From Blepharisma stoltei ATCC 30299 (taxonomy: Eukaryota; Protista; Ciliophora): DNA of 64,000 bases. Each line of letters opens with the position of its first letter. The first letter of the stretch is position 1. Position numbers and translations under genes: made by a program. The notes below the pieces were generated by a model. That model ran no database searches and was not told where the DNA came from. It worked only from the letters and a program-made list of their open reading frames with translations. This document shows, piece by piece, positions 12,346 to 22,296 of this stretch. The DNA lies in the NCBI GenBank assembly GCA_965603825.1, contig CBFDEM010000035.1, forward strand, positions 558,001 through 622,000, written 5' to 3'.

Positions 12346-12395
12346 TTGATGACTTCTCTAGAATTACTGTCCTTGACGACATTCCTCGTTACTGA
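12346..12395 (+). ncRNA. snR57: Box C/D snoRNA 3, double guide (18S GUAAUUCUAGAG region; snR57-type Gm1572 site)
   Basis: C TTGATGA 12346; guide CTCTAGAATTA; D' CTGT; C' TTGACGA; guide ATTCCTCGTT complementary to 18S AACGAGGAAU; D CTGA 12392. D+5 is the G of AACG. Confidence 0.85.
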
Positions 12396-12412
12396 CTTCA
12401 TATAACTTTATA

Positions 12413-12475
12413 CTGATGACAAAACTTGCCCTCTTCTGATTCATTGATGAATCTTTTTATCACCAAGATCTCTGA
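12413..12475 (+). ncRNA. U24: Box C/D snoRNA 4, double guide (18S GAGGGCAAGU; U24-type LSU Cm1437 site)
   Basis: C CTGATGA 12413; guide ACTTGCCCTC; D' CTGA 12436; C' TTGATGA 12444; guide CACCAAGATCT complementary to LSU AGAUCUUGGUG; D CTGA 12472. Confidence 0.88.
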
Positions 12476-12572
12476 CTTTATAAATTTCTTAATTTTCTAT
12501 TAAATATTGAGAACTGCTCAAGCTGTGTGAGCATTGAGTAAAACAAATTAAATTAAATTATCAAATATTCGA

Positions 12573-14111
12573 CTAGTAGCTGATGTGAGGCATTTCCCAT
12601 TTTTCTTGACTTTTAATGCATTCCTGTATCATTTTTCTGTAGTCTGCTTCAGAAAGCATATAATCCCCCCTCGGTTTCTCAGGCAATTTTACCATTTTGA
12701 CCTTCTTATTCTTAAGGAAAGCAGTGGCTTCTCTTTTGTATTTTATTTTTTCTTCCTGCTCCATAAGTTCTCTGCATTTTATTTTCCATTCTTTTAGTTT
12801 TTCAATATATTCTTTTGCTCTTTGCCTTAAAAGATTTTTAATACATTGTTCTTTAACGTTGTCAGGGATTGTAGATTTCCCGAAAATCGCTTTTGAATCT
12901 ATTGGTTTTTTTAGCTCATTATTCTGTAAAGCATGCCTTTTTACTTGTAACTCTCTGAATATTTTATATTCAGCTTTATTTCACATGACTATTTTAAAAG
13001 TCATTGAAGTTTTTTTCTCAAATAATAAGTGCTTTATTGTTCTTTGGAGAAATGTGATTTTTGTTTTTCACTGGGCGAGAAGCCGGAAAAGCATATCTTT
13101 TGTAGCAGCACGTTCAATTATATCGATAATTCTGCTTTTATACACAATTTTCTGTGATTTGTGCCATTCTCTTACAGGTTTCACAAGCTTTTCTAGACAT
13201 CTTTTTGCATTTCTAATTTTTAATAGTTTGTGTAGCCGTTTAAACTTTCCAATGCTCCAGCAAAGCACATAAAGCCTCTTCAAAACCCCTTCTGACCTTA
13301 TATGCAAATCAGTTCTCTCTACCATTCTATGATACCCAATAGACTGTCAGCTGCACACAATCCAAAAAATAACCCACCCTTTAGCAATTTTATCAATTTC
13401 TTCCCTTCTCACTTTATATTCAAATTTCCTTTGTTTCGCGTCTAATTTTAGCTGTGTATCTATCCTCTTTTGAAAAATCAAAAGCTCTTTTTTCTTCTTC
13501 GCTTCCAAGATTTTTGTGTTTTCAATCTGAGACTTCAGCTTGATAAGCTTTTCTTTATTATCAGGCAGGTATTTTTCCATTTCTTTGTTTTCTAATAAAA
13601 TAGCTTGAATTCGTCTTCTCTGTTCTATTTCGTCAATTTCAAGTGGAGGTGAAGCTAGCTCATTTCTTTTGAATCTAGAAGTGGTGCTAAACTGAAACGA
13701 CTGCCCTCCTAAAGTGCTTAATGAAACATTATAGCAGCCTGGGCCGAGTTTTGTACTTGTGCTGCCTGGAGTCATGGAAAATCTTCTTGTTTCAAAAAGA
13801 TCAGAATACTCGTTAAGCAATTTTTCTATCATTGCTCTGTTCTATATAAAAGTTACAGGCTTTTTGGTATCTTTAGGCAAAAGTTGTTCAGATTTTACTC
13901 GGGGATGGGAAAATCGATTTGTTTGTGTAAATGCGGCTTGGAGGTCGGTATATGAGTCGCTTGGAGTTATATCAATTGAAAATTTTTTTCTCTGGGTAAT
14001 ACTTGATTTTAAAATTGGTAGGTCTGCAGTTTTTCTTGATGAAAGAGTAGAAGAAGAGGCTGGTGGAGAGTTAATTAAGACTGAAGGCAATGAAGCTTTC
14101 CTTGAGTGCAT
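12573..14111 (-). CDS. Basic ~507-aa protein with a PGxY (SHIPPO-like) motif; one 15-nt intron
   Basis: Four track ORFs join in one frame via intron 13842-13856 and TGA=Trp at 13347, 13068 and 12981. Ends at TAG 12573. Confidence 0.8.
13842..13856 (-). other. 15-nt spliceosomal intron
   Basis: GTAACTTTTATATAG; in-frame TAG if retained; A at -6. Confidence 0.85.
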
Positions 14112-14143
14112 TAAGATGATATTAATAGTATATATTATAATAA

Positions 14144-15808
14144 TTATTTTCTTAAGGACTCCCTAAGCTGATAAGCTCGCTTCTTCAGCTCTTCAAAACT
14201 ATCTTGCTCTTTATTAATATGAGACTTCTTTGAAGTTGATGATACTGAGTACTCCATTGTTTCATCGCCCATTTCAAGTTCATCAATAATACTCATCATT
14301 TTTGAATCAAGATAATCAGTTTTATTATGATTTGATGAGCTGTTTAATTGAGAAATCGAGAACTTTGAACTGTCAGATTTTTCAATTTCTTCTACTAGTT
14401 GAAAGAAATTATCATCAAAAACTTTATCGTCTATAGCCCTATGATGATTTTTTTCTGGGTATTTTTGGGTATATCCAAGATCTTTGAGCTTGAAGCTTTG
14501 GCTTTTTTCGTCTTCATGGGAGCTTTGTTTAGTTTTAAATGAGCTTGATTTAAGTTTGTCAGAAAATTTCTTTGAGTCTGTGAGATTTGATAAATGCATT
14601 TTACTAGAATCGTCAAGAGTATTTGTAAGGAGTGGGTTGTAGTACTTTGAATTTAGCTTATTTGATAGAGAGAATGATGAGCTTGGAGATTTAATTGAAG
14701 CTGAAAGAGAATTGAGCTTGCTGCTTATAGATTCTTTTGACTGGGATAATTTATCAATCGGTTTTAATTCATCACTTGTTAGAGGAGGCTCTTTTGATCT
14801 AGGCTCATAAATAGTGTTTTTTGGAGCAAATGATAGTTCTAGACCTTTTGATTCTGAGGCCTGAAATATTGCATTCTCTTTACTAGATTTTTCTGAAGCA
14901 TTAGTATTTTCTTCTTTCATATGTGAGATATTTTTAACTCTTGTTTCTCCATTGATATTTTGTGGCATCATAACTTTTTCTTTACTTTTATTCTGAGCTT
15001 TTAGCCTCGTCTCATTTATTGACTCTGATTGTGTTTCTTGGCTTATTTTTTTCGCTATTTTTTCTCCCTGATTTTTAGTCTGTGTCTGTATTTCTTTATC
15101 ACAAACTGTTTGAATCAAAACACTATGATAATCTTTTGTAGAGCTTACTTCAATAGGAGATGTGGCTGTTTCTCTTAAAACCAATGTCTGCTGATGTTTA
15201 GAACTTAATATGCTTGATTTATTCGTAGGGCTAGATGGTATACGAGCATGCTGAATAATCTCATCAATTTTGCCAGGTTTATCCAAAATCTTATCTGCTT
15301 CTATACTTTGTGGGGAATCTTCATCATGACTGGGAAATAAAAATTTAGTGATAGGCGTTGCTTGATAAATCATTTCTCTAGTCAAACTTTGGTTAAAAGC
15401 TTGCGGAGAATTCGGAGTTTGGATTATTGAGGAAACTGAGATATGCTTGTATTTATTTAGCAGTTCTTCTGATTTTTCCAGCTGTGATTTTATAGTTTCT
15501 GCTTTTTCTTGTAGCTCTTTGTTAAGTTTTTTATATTTTTTTAATTCATTTTCTTTACGCTTTAACTCTTTAGCAGCCCGGAGTTCAGATTTAACTCTTT
15601 GGCTTTTTTCTAAAGCAGCTTTTTTAACGAGGAGCCCAATTTTAGTTTTGTCTTCAGCACAAAGATCTTTTAATCTAGCTTGTGTTGTATCTGGGCGTGG
15701 AGAATTATTCAAGCTACTAGTTTTCATATTTTGGTTAACAATTTGTTGTGAGCTTGGCCTAGTCGTATTCAGCCCACTTCTGAGTTTCTTCGAAAGTAAA
15801 TTATCCAT
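14144..15808 (-). CDS. Hinderin/KIAA1328-like coiled-coil protein
   Basis: LKDLCAEDKTKIGLLVK matches the recalled KIAA1328 motif LKDLCxEDKxxIxxLIK. A coiled coil ending ELLxxY follows, then a Ser-rich tail. Confidence 0.7.
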   Translation of the reverse strand: MDNLLSKKLRSGLNTTRPSSQQIVNQNMKTSSLNNSPRPDTTQARLKDLCAEDKTKIGLLVKKAALEKSQRVKSELRAAKELKRKENELKKYKKLNKELQEKAETIKSQLEKSEELLNKYKHISVSSIIQTPNSPQAFNQSLTREMIYQATPITKFLFPSHDEDSPQSIEADKILDKPGKIDEIIQHARIPSSPTNKSSILSSKHQQTLVLRETATSPIEVSSTKDYHSVLIQTVCDKEIQTQTKNQGEKIAKKISQETQSESINETRLKAQNKSKEKVMMPQNINGETRVKNISHMKEENTNASEKSSKENAIFQASESKGLELSFAPKNTIYEPRSKEPPLTSDELKPIDKLSQSKESISSKLNSLSASIKSPSSSFSLSNKLNSKYYNPLLTNTLDDSSKMHLSNLTDSKKFSDKLKSSSFKTKQSSHEDEKSQSFKLKDLGYTQKYPEKNHHRAIDDKVFDDNFFQLVEEIEKSDSSKFSISQLNSSSNHNKTDYLDSKMMSIIDELEMGDETMEYSVSSTSKKSHINKEQDSFEELKKRAYQLRESLRK

Positions 15809-15818
15809 TTTAAATTAT

Positions 15819-16232
15819 TTAGCTATTTATGCTATTGTATTTTTCAATCATTTTTCGGATTTTATTTGCAGTCCATTGCCATGTGTTGATTTTTATGTTC
15901 TTCGACATCGCTTTATAGTCGTCTCTATATTTCTTTATCATGCTTTCAATGATCTGTATTTCCCAATCTGCCAGTTTTTCTTTTGTAGGGACATGCTCAG
16001 AGTTTTTTGTTAGAGCATTTAAAGCTTCTTTTTTAAACGGGGTATCAGTTGGAGTATCAATGCTTGTGCGGATCCCTAAACTTTCATAGTTAGCTTTTCC
16101 TGACTTTTCTGGGTCCCAAAATTCTTTAAGCTCTGGTGCTCCTTGGAAGTTTTTCTTTTTCTTTTGTGATCTACCGACTGTTTTGTGTTTTTTAAGAAGA
16201 CCTCTGGATGCTCTTTTCTTAATTTTTGCCAT
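15819..16232 (-). CDS. NOP16: Ribosome biogenesis protein Nop16
   Basis: WDPEKSGKANYESLG and MIKKYRDDYKAMSKNIKINTWQWT motifs. Confidence 0.88.
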   Translation of the reverse strand: MAKIKKRASRGLLKKHKTVGRSQKKKKNFQGAPELKEFWDPEKSGKANYESLGIRTSIDTPTDTPFKKEALNALTKNSEHVPTKEKLADWEIQIIESMIKKYRDDYKAMSKNIKINTWQWTANKIRKMIEKYNSINS

Positions 16233-16637
16233 GAATTATTATTGAATATTTACCAGACCAAGGAATTCTTAATGATTTCGAAGATACTTTTGGCTTAGGC
16301 ATGCAAATTTAATGATTAGGTTTGCTTAAAGCTAAGGAATTAATGATTTTTCTACGACAATCATTTTTACTCTGCATAAATATTAGAGGATGACAAATCT
16401 AGCTTTACTGAAGGTCAATATTTAACCTAAGAGGAAAATTATGATGTTAGAGAGGCGGGAGGCCATCCAAAGAGACGGCACTAAAGATCTCTATTCTTAT
16501 TGCACATGCTCAGAGCTGCGCCATTTGGATTATAAGCTCCATTTTTACTCATAAGAAATCAAAAAATGGAAAAGGTTTTTGATTTAATTTTATAAGTTGC
16601 TTTATTTTATGAAATTAAGGTAGACTTATTTTAATTT

Positions 16638-17315
16638 TTAAATGGATCTAAGCTGATTTTTGTCAATTAAAGGTGCTAAATTTCCAATATGCAAAAGTAT
16701 GTCTTCAAGCCCATGAACTCTTGCCCACCAGAAATAAAGAGCCCCTGCAATCATAATTCCTTCATTTACAAACATCAGAACAATCCCAGCTCCAAATGTA
16801 ACACTCCAATCAGACCACGTTTCCCCATCTTCACTAAGAGAATAAAAGTTTGACACCGATAAATAAAGAATAATCCCTATAGAATATGCAATTGGTACTA
16901 AATAATGAGATATTTGCAGACTTAATATCTTAAAACACGTACATCCAAATGATAAACTTAACAAATTCAGCACATTATAGACCATGATCACTAGGCATAC
17001 AATAGAATCAATTAGATAGCATAATGCTGCAGCTTTAAAGTGCCCAGTCCAGTCACATACCTCACTGTCTGTTCCTTCAGGCTTAGTACAATAATATTTA
17101 TCAAATTCCTCGAATGTTGTAAGTGTATATGCATCCATTCCATTATACTCAAACTTTTTAGTGACGTCTTGCATTGAAATATAATAGGTATTGCCATAAG
17201 AAAAAGTGGTCACCAAAAAAGTGACCATAATAATTGCGCAGCTGATTAAGTCGAATGTAAATTTCATAAGAGCTTTAGTACGAGGATTTCTTCTTATCAA
17301 AAGTGGCTTGTCCAT
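16638..17315 (-). CDS. Four-TM membrane protein (claudin-like topology)
   Basis: Four hydrophobic segments with a two-Cys loop after TM1. Alternative ATG at 17339. Confidence 0.75.
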   Translation of the reverse strand: MDKPLLIRRNPRTKALMKFTFDLISCAIIMVTFLVTTFSYGNTYYISMQDVTKKFEYNGMDAYTLTTFEEFDKYYCTKPEGTDSEVCDWTGHFKAAALCYLIDSIVCLVIMVYNVLNLLSLSFGCTCFKILSLQISHYLVPIAYSIGIILYLSVSNFYSLSEDGETWSDWSVTFGAGIVLMFVNEGIMIAGALYFWWARVHGLEDILLHIGNLAPLIDKNQLRSI

Positions 17316-17651
17316 ATTAATAGAAATTATCCAATACATAATGGATAAGTATAGATTTCTAGTATTTTAGGATTTGAAGAGTTTCTTTAAATAGAATATT
17401 ATTTTATTAAATTAGTTAATAAAAAGCTATGAACTAATAAGTCCCTTCAATCTATGCAATGTACATTAATGATTTAAGGGTCTAGACTTACTTAAAAAAT
17501 ATGATCAAATAGCCTGATTAAATATAATTCTATGATATTAAATAAAAATCTATTATATTTGATTCATTAATAACATAAATTAAATTTCTCTGAACAAAAA
17601 AAGATCCGAAAATTTATCCGCGCAATATGAAAGCCAAAATAAATTTAATTA

Positions 17652-17930
17652 ATGAAAGAAAGAGATATTCCAACCCTCATCAGACTTGCAAAAACCGGGA
17701 TAAATTTATCGACATTTGAAAAAGACAATAGAGAAAAGCTTGAGAATTTAGTAACCGATTTAGAAAACGAAATGAAGACTGTTTTAGTCATGTACAAGCT
17801 TAAGGAAAATGAATCCCTATCCAAAATGAATAGATACACAGATGAGCTTGCTCTAAGCTTACCAGACAATATAAAACAAATGCGGCTTGAAGATTATTGC
17901 AAATTTAAAACAGAAGAAGAGCTATTTTAA
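17652..17930 (+). CDS. Minimal Borealin/Nbl1-like protein
   Basis: KLENLVTDLENEM...LSLPDNIKQMRLEDY aligns without gaps to the recalled Borealin N-terminus KLASFLKDFDREV...LRLPKALREMNWLDY. Confidence 0.65.
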   Translation: MKERDIPTLIRLAKTGINLSTFEKDNREKLENLVTDLENEMKTVLVMYKLKENESLSKMNRYTDELALSLPDNIKQMRLEDYCKFKTEEELF

Positions 17931-18032
17931 TATAAAAACAATTAATTAGCAATAAATTTATTTAAAAAGCCTTCCAGAACATACAAAATTCATTTTCTTT
18001 AATAATTTGATTTTTTAAATATAAATAGGGGC

Positions 18033-18137
18033 TTATTCTGTCTTCTCAGGTTTCTGAGCTTTTAGCTTGTTTATTTTCCATATCTTGTAAAGCATATAAG
18101 GAAGTACAAACAAAAGTGTGTAAAGCCAAAGGACCAT
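18033..18137 (-). CDS. 34-aa single-TM microprotein
   Basis: AATAAAATG start context; MVLWLYTLLFVLPYMLYKIWKINKLKAQKPEKTE*. Confidence 0.55.
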   Translation of the reverse strand: MVLWLYTLLFVLPYMLYKIWKINKLKAQKPEKTE

Positions 18138-18159
18138 TTTATTATGGCTAATAATAAAT

Positions 18160-18237
18160 ATGAGAGACAAGTGGAGGAAGAAGAGGATGAGAAGACTCAA
18201 AAGAAAGCGCCGAAAGATGAGACAAAAGGCCAAGTAA
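18160..18237 (+). CDS. RPL41: Ribosomal protein L41 (eL41/eS32), below the ORF-track cut-off
   Basis: [25 protein letters not shown], near-identical to canonical [25 protein letters not shown]. Confidence 0.97.
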   Translation: [25 protein letters not shown]

Positions 18238-19233
18238 GGAATAAGTAACGCACAAATTGTGTAAATGACTTTTGACTGATTAATTTTTAATTCTTAAAAA
18301 ATTCTGAAATATGCAAACGCTGATGCGGAAGTAGTCAGCTGATTTTAAAGTAAATGCACCTTAATGCATAGGAAGGAGATTTCTCGTTTATTAATATAGG
18401 TGAAAATAAAAGTGATGAGCTTTTGAGTGAATTTTTCCATTAAAAGCAGCAGAAACACTATTCTAGATAGAAAAACAAAAAGGATGTCATTTATTAATAA
18501 AAAGCAAGAATTGAAAATAAAAATTTGAAGTTAGAAATATGAAAAATCGAGCAAAATGCTCAATATTTCATATTAAATTAATGCTAAATATCATAAATCT
18601 CTTTGATTCAAATCGTCCAGGCTCATATCATTGCATTTAATTGAAAATTAAGATCATAGAAACCTTATTCTTGCATGAGATTAGCATTCTAAATCCTTGC
18701 AGATTTTGTTAGATATTCAATTTTTGTAATTATAAATAATTGAGATGAATACCAGCAAGCCACTTAAAGTAACTTATAAATTAAAGCAAATTTGGCTTTT
18801 TATTCAAAATATAATTAAAGTAAATCAAGGTAGCTTTATAATGATTTATATGAGAGGCTTGCGCTTGAAGTAATTTTTCGGATAAATTCAATTGATTGGC
18901 GAATTTCCTACTATAGGAGGAAAAGTTAAGATAAAAAATTCCGGATGAAATATAAAATGTTCCGATCAAAAAGGCACACCAAATTTTTCAATTTTATCTA
19001 GAAAAATTCTTAGAAATACGATAAAAACTTCATTTCCTCGATTTAACAAATATTTTAACTCAAATAAGACTGAAAATAATACTTGATGAAATTTATTTTG
19101 AACATCGCTAACAGGCTAGTACACTTTCGTGCTCATTTGCTAGTAAATAATTTAAACACACTTGATTTAGGATCTCCTGGAGTTCTTTTGAAATCTTTTC
19201 GCATATTTTAAGTCCATTATATTCATAAAATCA

Positions 19234-19491
19234 ATGGAAGGCCATAGAAATCAAGGAATTTCTCAGCATGCACTCCAAGAACAAGCAGCAATAATGCAAA
19301 GCTTTGCACGCCAATCTCACAAATGCTTTATGAAATGTGTTCAAAAGCCTTCCAGAAGTCTTTCATCGACTGAAGATCGTTGCTTAACAAATTGTGTGGA
19401 TAGATTTTATGATACACAGCAATTTTTGATTGAAAGACTACAAGGATTAGCCCAGAAAGAGCAAGAAAAAGCAGGAATGGTCAATCATTAA
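19234..19491 (+). CDS. Small Tim chaperone (Tim8/Tim13 family)
   Basis: Twin CX3C: CFMKC...CLTNCVDRF. Confidence 0.9.
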   Translation: MEGHRNQGISQHALQEQAAIMQSFARQSHKCFMKCVQKPSRSLSSTEDRCLTNCVDRFYDTQQFLIERLQGLAQKEQEKAGMVNH

Positions 19492-20231
19492 AACTTATCG
19501 CTTAATTAAATATCTACCTCTATGAATTCTGCAAGTATAATTTTTCAGTAAAAATTTATCTCAGGAAAATGTATTTTTATATTTAAATAGCTATCAGCTC
19601 TAAATAATTAGATATCTCGACAAGGTTTCTTCTTTACTAGGTCTTTATGTGCAACTTTGCATTGCCTTTATATAGATGTCGTGGGTAATGCGAAGGGCTG
19701 CTTATATAATTTTTTTCACGAGTCAAAAATCAAGAGGAGATGTGGGATTAGAATGAATTTTAATATTTTAGGTACACAAAATTGATCCTCTATTGTCTTA
19801 AGAGGTCCCATAATGAGGGACAAAAGGAGGCGAAAATCTTCTTATTTTTGACTGTAATAATTTATTTTGGCTTCAGAAGCTATATATTGAATTGCTTCGT
19901 ATTTTATAGAACGGGATTTTGGTTTCCAGCAAGCATTGAAATAAGCCCTTTAGGGTTATGATTTTGATTCCTATCTCATAAATCGCATAGCTATTTATAA
20001 TATCTAGAAATTGGCTATACTTGATTGCTAATGCTTTGATAAATGGGTCAGCATGAAGAAGCACAGTCTACTTTTTTATCTTCACCTTGGTAAATATATG
20101 GAATAATTGAGTACTTAATTCAATGTTCCTTTTTCAGAGTTTAAGTTGAAATACTTTTTCATCCATTTTTATAATGGTGATTTATTTTTCTCTTCCATTA
20201 ACTTCAATTCAAATTTTTTATTTGTTAATAA

Positions 20232-21188
20232 ATGAAAAATTTGGCTATCAATCAGCTTATTGAAATCCTTTCATTTCTGAGCACTACTGAAATCTACTGG
20301 ATTTTTGCCAGAATCAATAAATCTTGCCGAAAATCTGCATATTCTGTTCACGTAATTCAAAATATCCTTAAAAACGAGCTTGGGCTCCCTTTCATTCAGA
20401 ACAAAGATTTGAAATCGCTGATTGAAATTTTAAAATTTAATACATGTACAGCCCAAAAATCTCGAAAATCAAAGAGATTGACCTTCTTTGGCTATGCGAC
20501 TAACGGAGGGGTTTTGCTCAATACATCTCAGTATTGGATCGGAAACTTGTTTCTCGAAGCCAAAGAATGTGGAGCGATGTATAGTTCAATTAAAGATAAA
20601 AACATAACATGTGCAGCAGTAGTTGGGCAGGATGTAAATTATGAATTTAAAGGACTTAATGATTTAATAACTGACCATGATGACCCAAATACAGTTGAAT
20701 CGTATATTGATCATTCTTTTATAAAAAAATCAAAAATAAAAGCATGTATTCATACAATTGTAATAGAAAGACCAAAGACTTTTACTTGTCCTTTAAAAGT
20801 GTTCTTGATAATGACAAGTGATAGCTATTATCCAATCAATCATACAATTTTTAATGATTTTGATGATGTGAAAGGATATAGTGATTTACAGACAGAAATT
20901 GAAGGAAAATCGACAATTTTATGTGAAAAAGAAGAAAATGGGATAAAAATAGTTGAATTTCAGAGGGATGAAAAAGATTTGCAGCTGATATGCTGGGGGC
21001 GATATGAAAATAAGGCATCAACTAAAGCTGTAATTGAACTGCAGCAGAAAAGATGCTGTAAATATCTGTATTTTAAATTTATTGAAGGGGAAAGCAGCTC
21101 ACAGCTGCTATGGCTCCATAATAATGTGAGATCAAATATTGATGTAAACGGCATCAGTATTTTTGGGAATTTTATAAATTGTTTTTAA
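20232..21188 (+). CDS. F-box-like protein
   Basis: N-terminal LAINQLIEILSFLSTTEIYWIFARINK resembles an F-box; 318-aa ORF. Confidence 0.65.
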   Translation: MKNLAINQLIEILSFLSTTEIYWIFARINKSCRKSAYSVHVIQNILKNELGLPFIQNKDLKSLIEILKFNTCTAQKSRKSKRLTFFGYATNGGVLLNTSQYWIGNLFLEAKECGAMYSSIKDKNITCAAVVGQDVNYEFKGLNDLITDHDDPNTVESYIDHSFIKKSKIKACIHTIVIERPKTFTCPLKVFLIMTSDSYYPINHTIFNDFDDVKGYSDLQTEIEGKSTILCEKEENGIKIVEFQRDEKDLQLICWGRYENKASTKAVIELQQKRCCKYLYFKFIEGESSSQLLWLHNNVRSNIDVNGISIFGNFINCF

Positions 21189-21225
21189 TGTTAATTTATT
21201 ATATAAGAATAGAAAAATCGCATCA

Positions 21226-22269
21226 ATGAGTTTAGAAGCTTACATCGACATAAGATTTGCAGACCCAGTCATTTCCCTCTCTATAAACCAAAGAGGTCTC
21301 TGTTATGGTAGTGCTTTAGGTCGTGTTCTTTACTACAACTTCAATACTCATGAAGAAACCCCAATAACTGAGTTTAGTGAAGAGTGCATAAGAGGGGTTT
21401 CACTATCTGCTGATGGCTCATTATTTATAGCAATTGGAGATCTTTACTGTTGAGCAGTTTTAAACCCAGATTCTTTACAGTCCTCCAGAGAAGTAATTAA
21501 TCATGAAAGATTGCACTCAAATGATGACTGTGGCTATACACAAGTCTTAATGAAAGATGACACTGTATGCATACTTACAATCACTCAGCTTGCTGGGATT
21601 GCTGACAGAGCTGACACTATATATATTACAAATATTTCAAGCCAAATTAAGCTGAAATTTGAAATCCCGAGTTTGCCCCCTCAGTCAGTTCCTTATGATT
21701 TTGATGGGAAAAGGCTATTATGAATGGAATGAGGCACTAATCTTCTTAGGACATTTAAAATGTATGATTTCACAACTCAAGCAGTCAGTGAGATAGCTGC
21801 ATATGAAAAAAAATATGGACACATCACACATGTTAAGCTACTCCAAGATTCAATTTTATTAGTCAGAAATCACAGAAGTTTGATCCTTGTTGACATATCA
21901 ACAGGGGTTACAAGACATATTCTAGGAACTCATAAAGCTGACATTGTGGCTTTAAATTGGCTTTGTCTAAAAGAAGGGATTGCATCAATGGCTAGTGATG
22001 ATGATAACATTACGGCTACAAAGCTAGTAATTATAGCAGTAGACTATGATGGGAATATATGTTTATGAGATAACCAAGGACTAGCAGAGTGTATACAGAT
22101 AAAAAACCTCCCTCAGCTGACCCCTCCCTATCAGAAACTTATGTATTTCTCTATGGGCTACCCATATATTGTTGCAGCCCATGATGTAAAAATCGCATTT
22201 TCAAGTGACTTAGGAGTTTTGGTTGTGCGCTCAAAGTATTTGGAATCACTTCAAAACTTGCAAACTTAA
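21226..22269 (+). CDS. WD40/beta-propeller protein (347 aa)
   Basis: Three track ORFs join through TGA=Trp at 21451, 21721, 21730 and 22066; VDYDGNICLWD is a WD motif; ends TAA 22267. Confidence 0.85.
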
Positions 22270-22296
22270 ACTAATGCATACTATATTAATTATAAA

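Noticed and set aside
12585-16013. Plus-strand ORFs 12585, 12697, 13759 and 15447, and similar antisense or alternate-frame ORFs elsewhere (27858, 33876, 43546, 59463, 60153)
   Set aside because: Shadows of real genes on the opposite strand or another frame; no motifs.
16380-16555. GC-richer patch with a 37-aa frame and an ATCCAAA/TTTGGAT stem
   Set aside because: No motif, no canonical tiny intron to extend it and an unconvincing structure.
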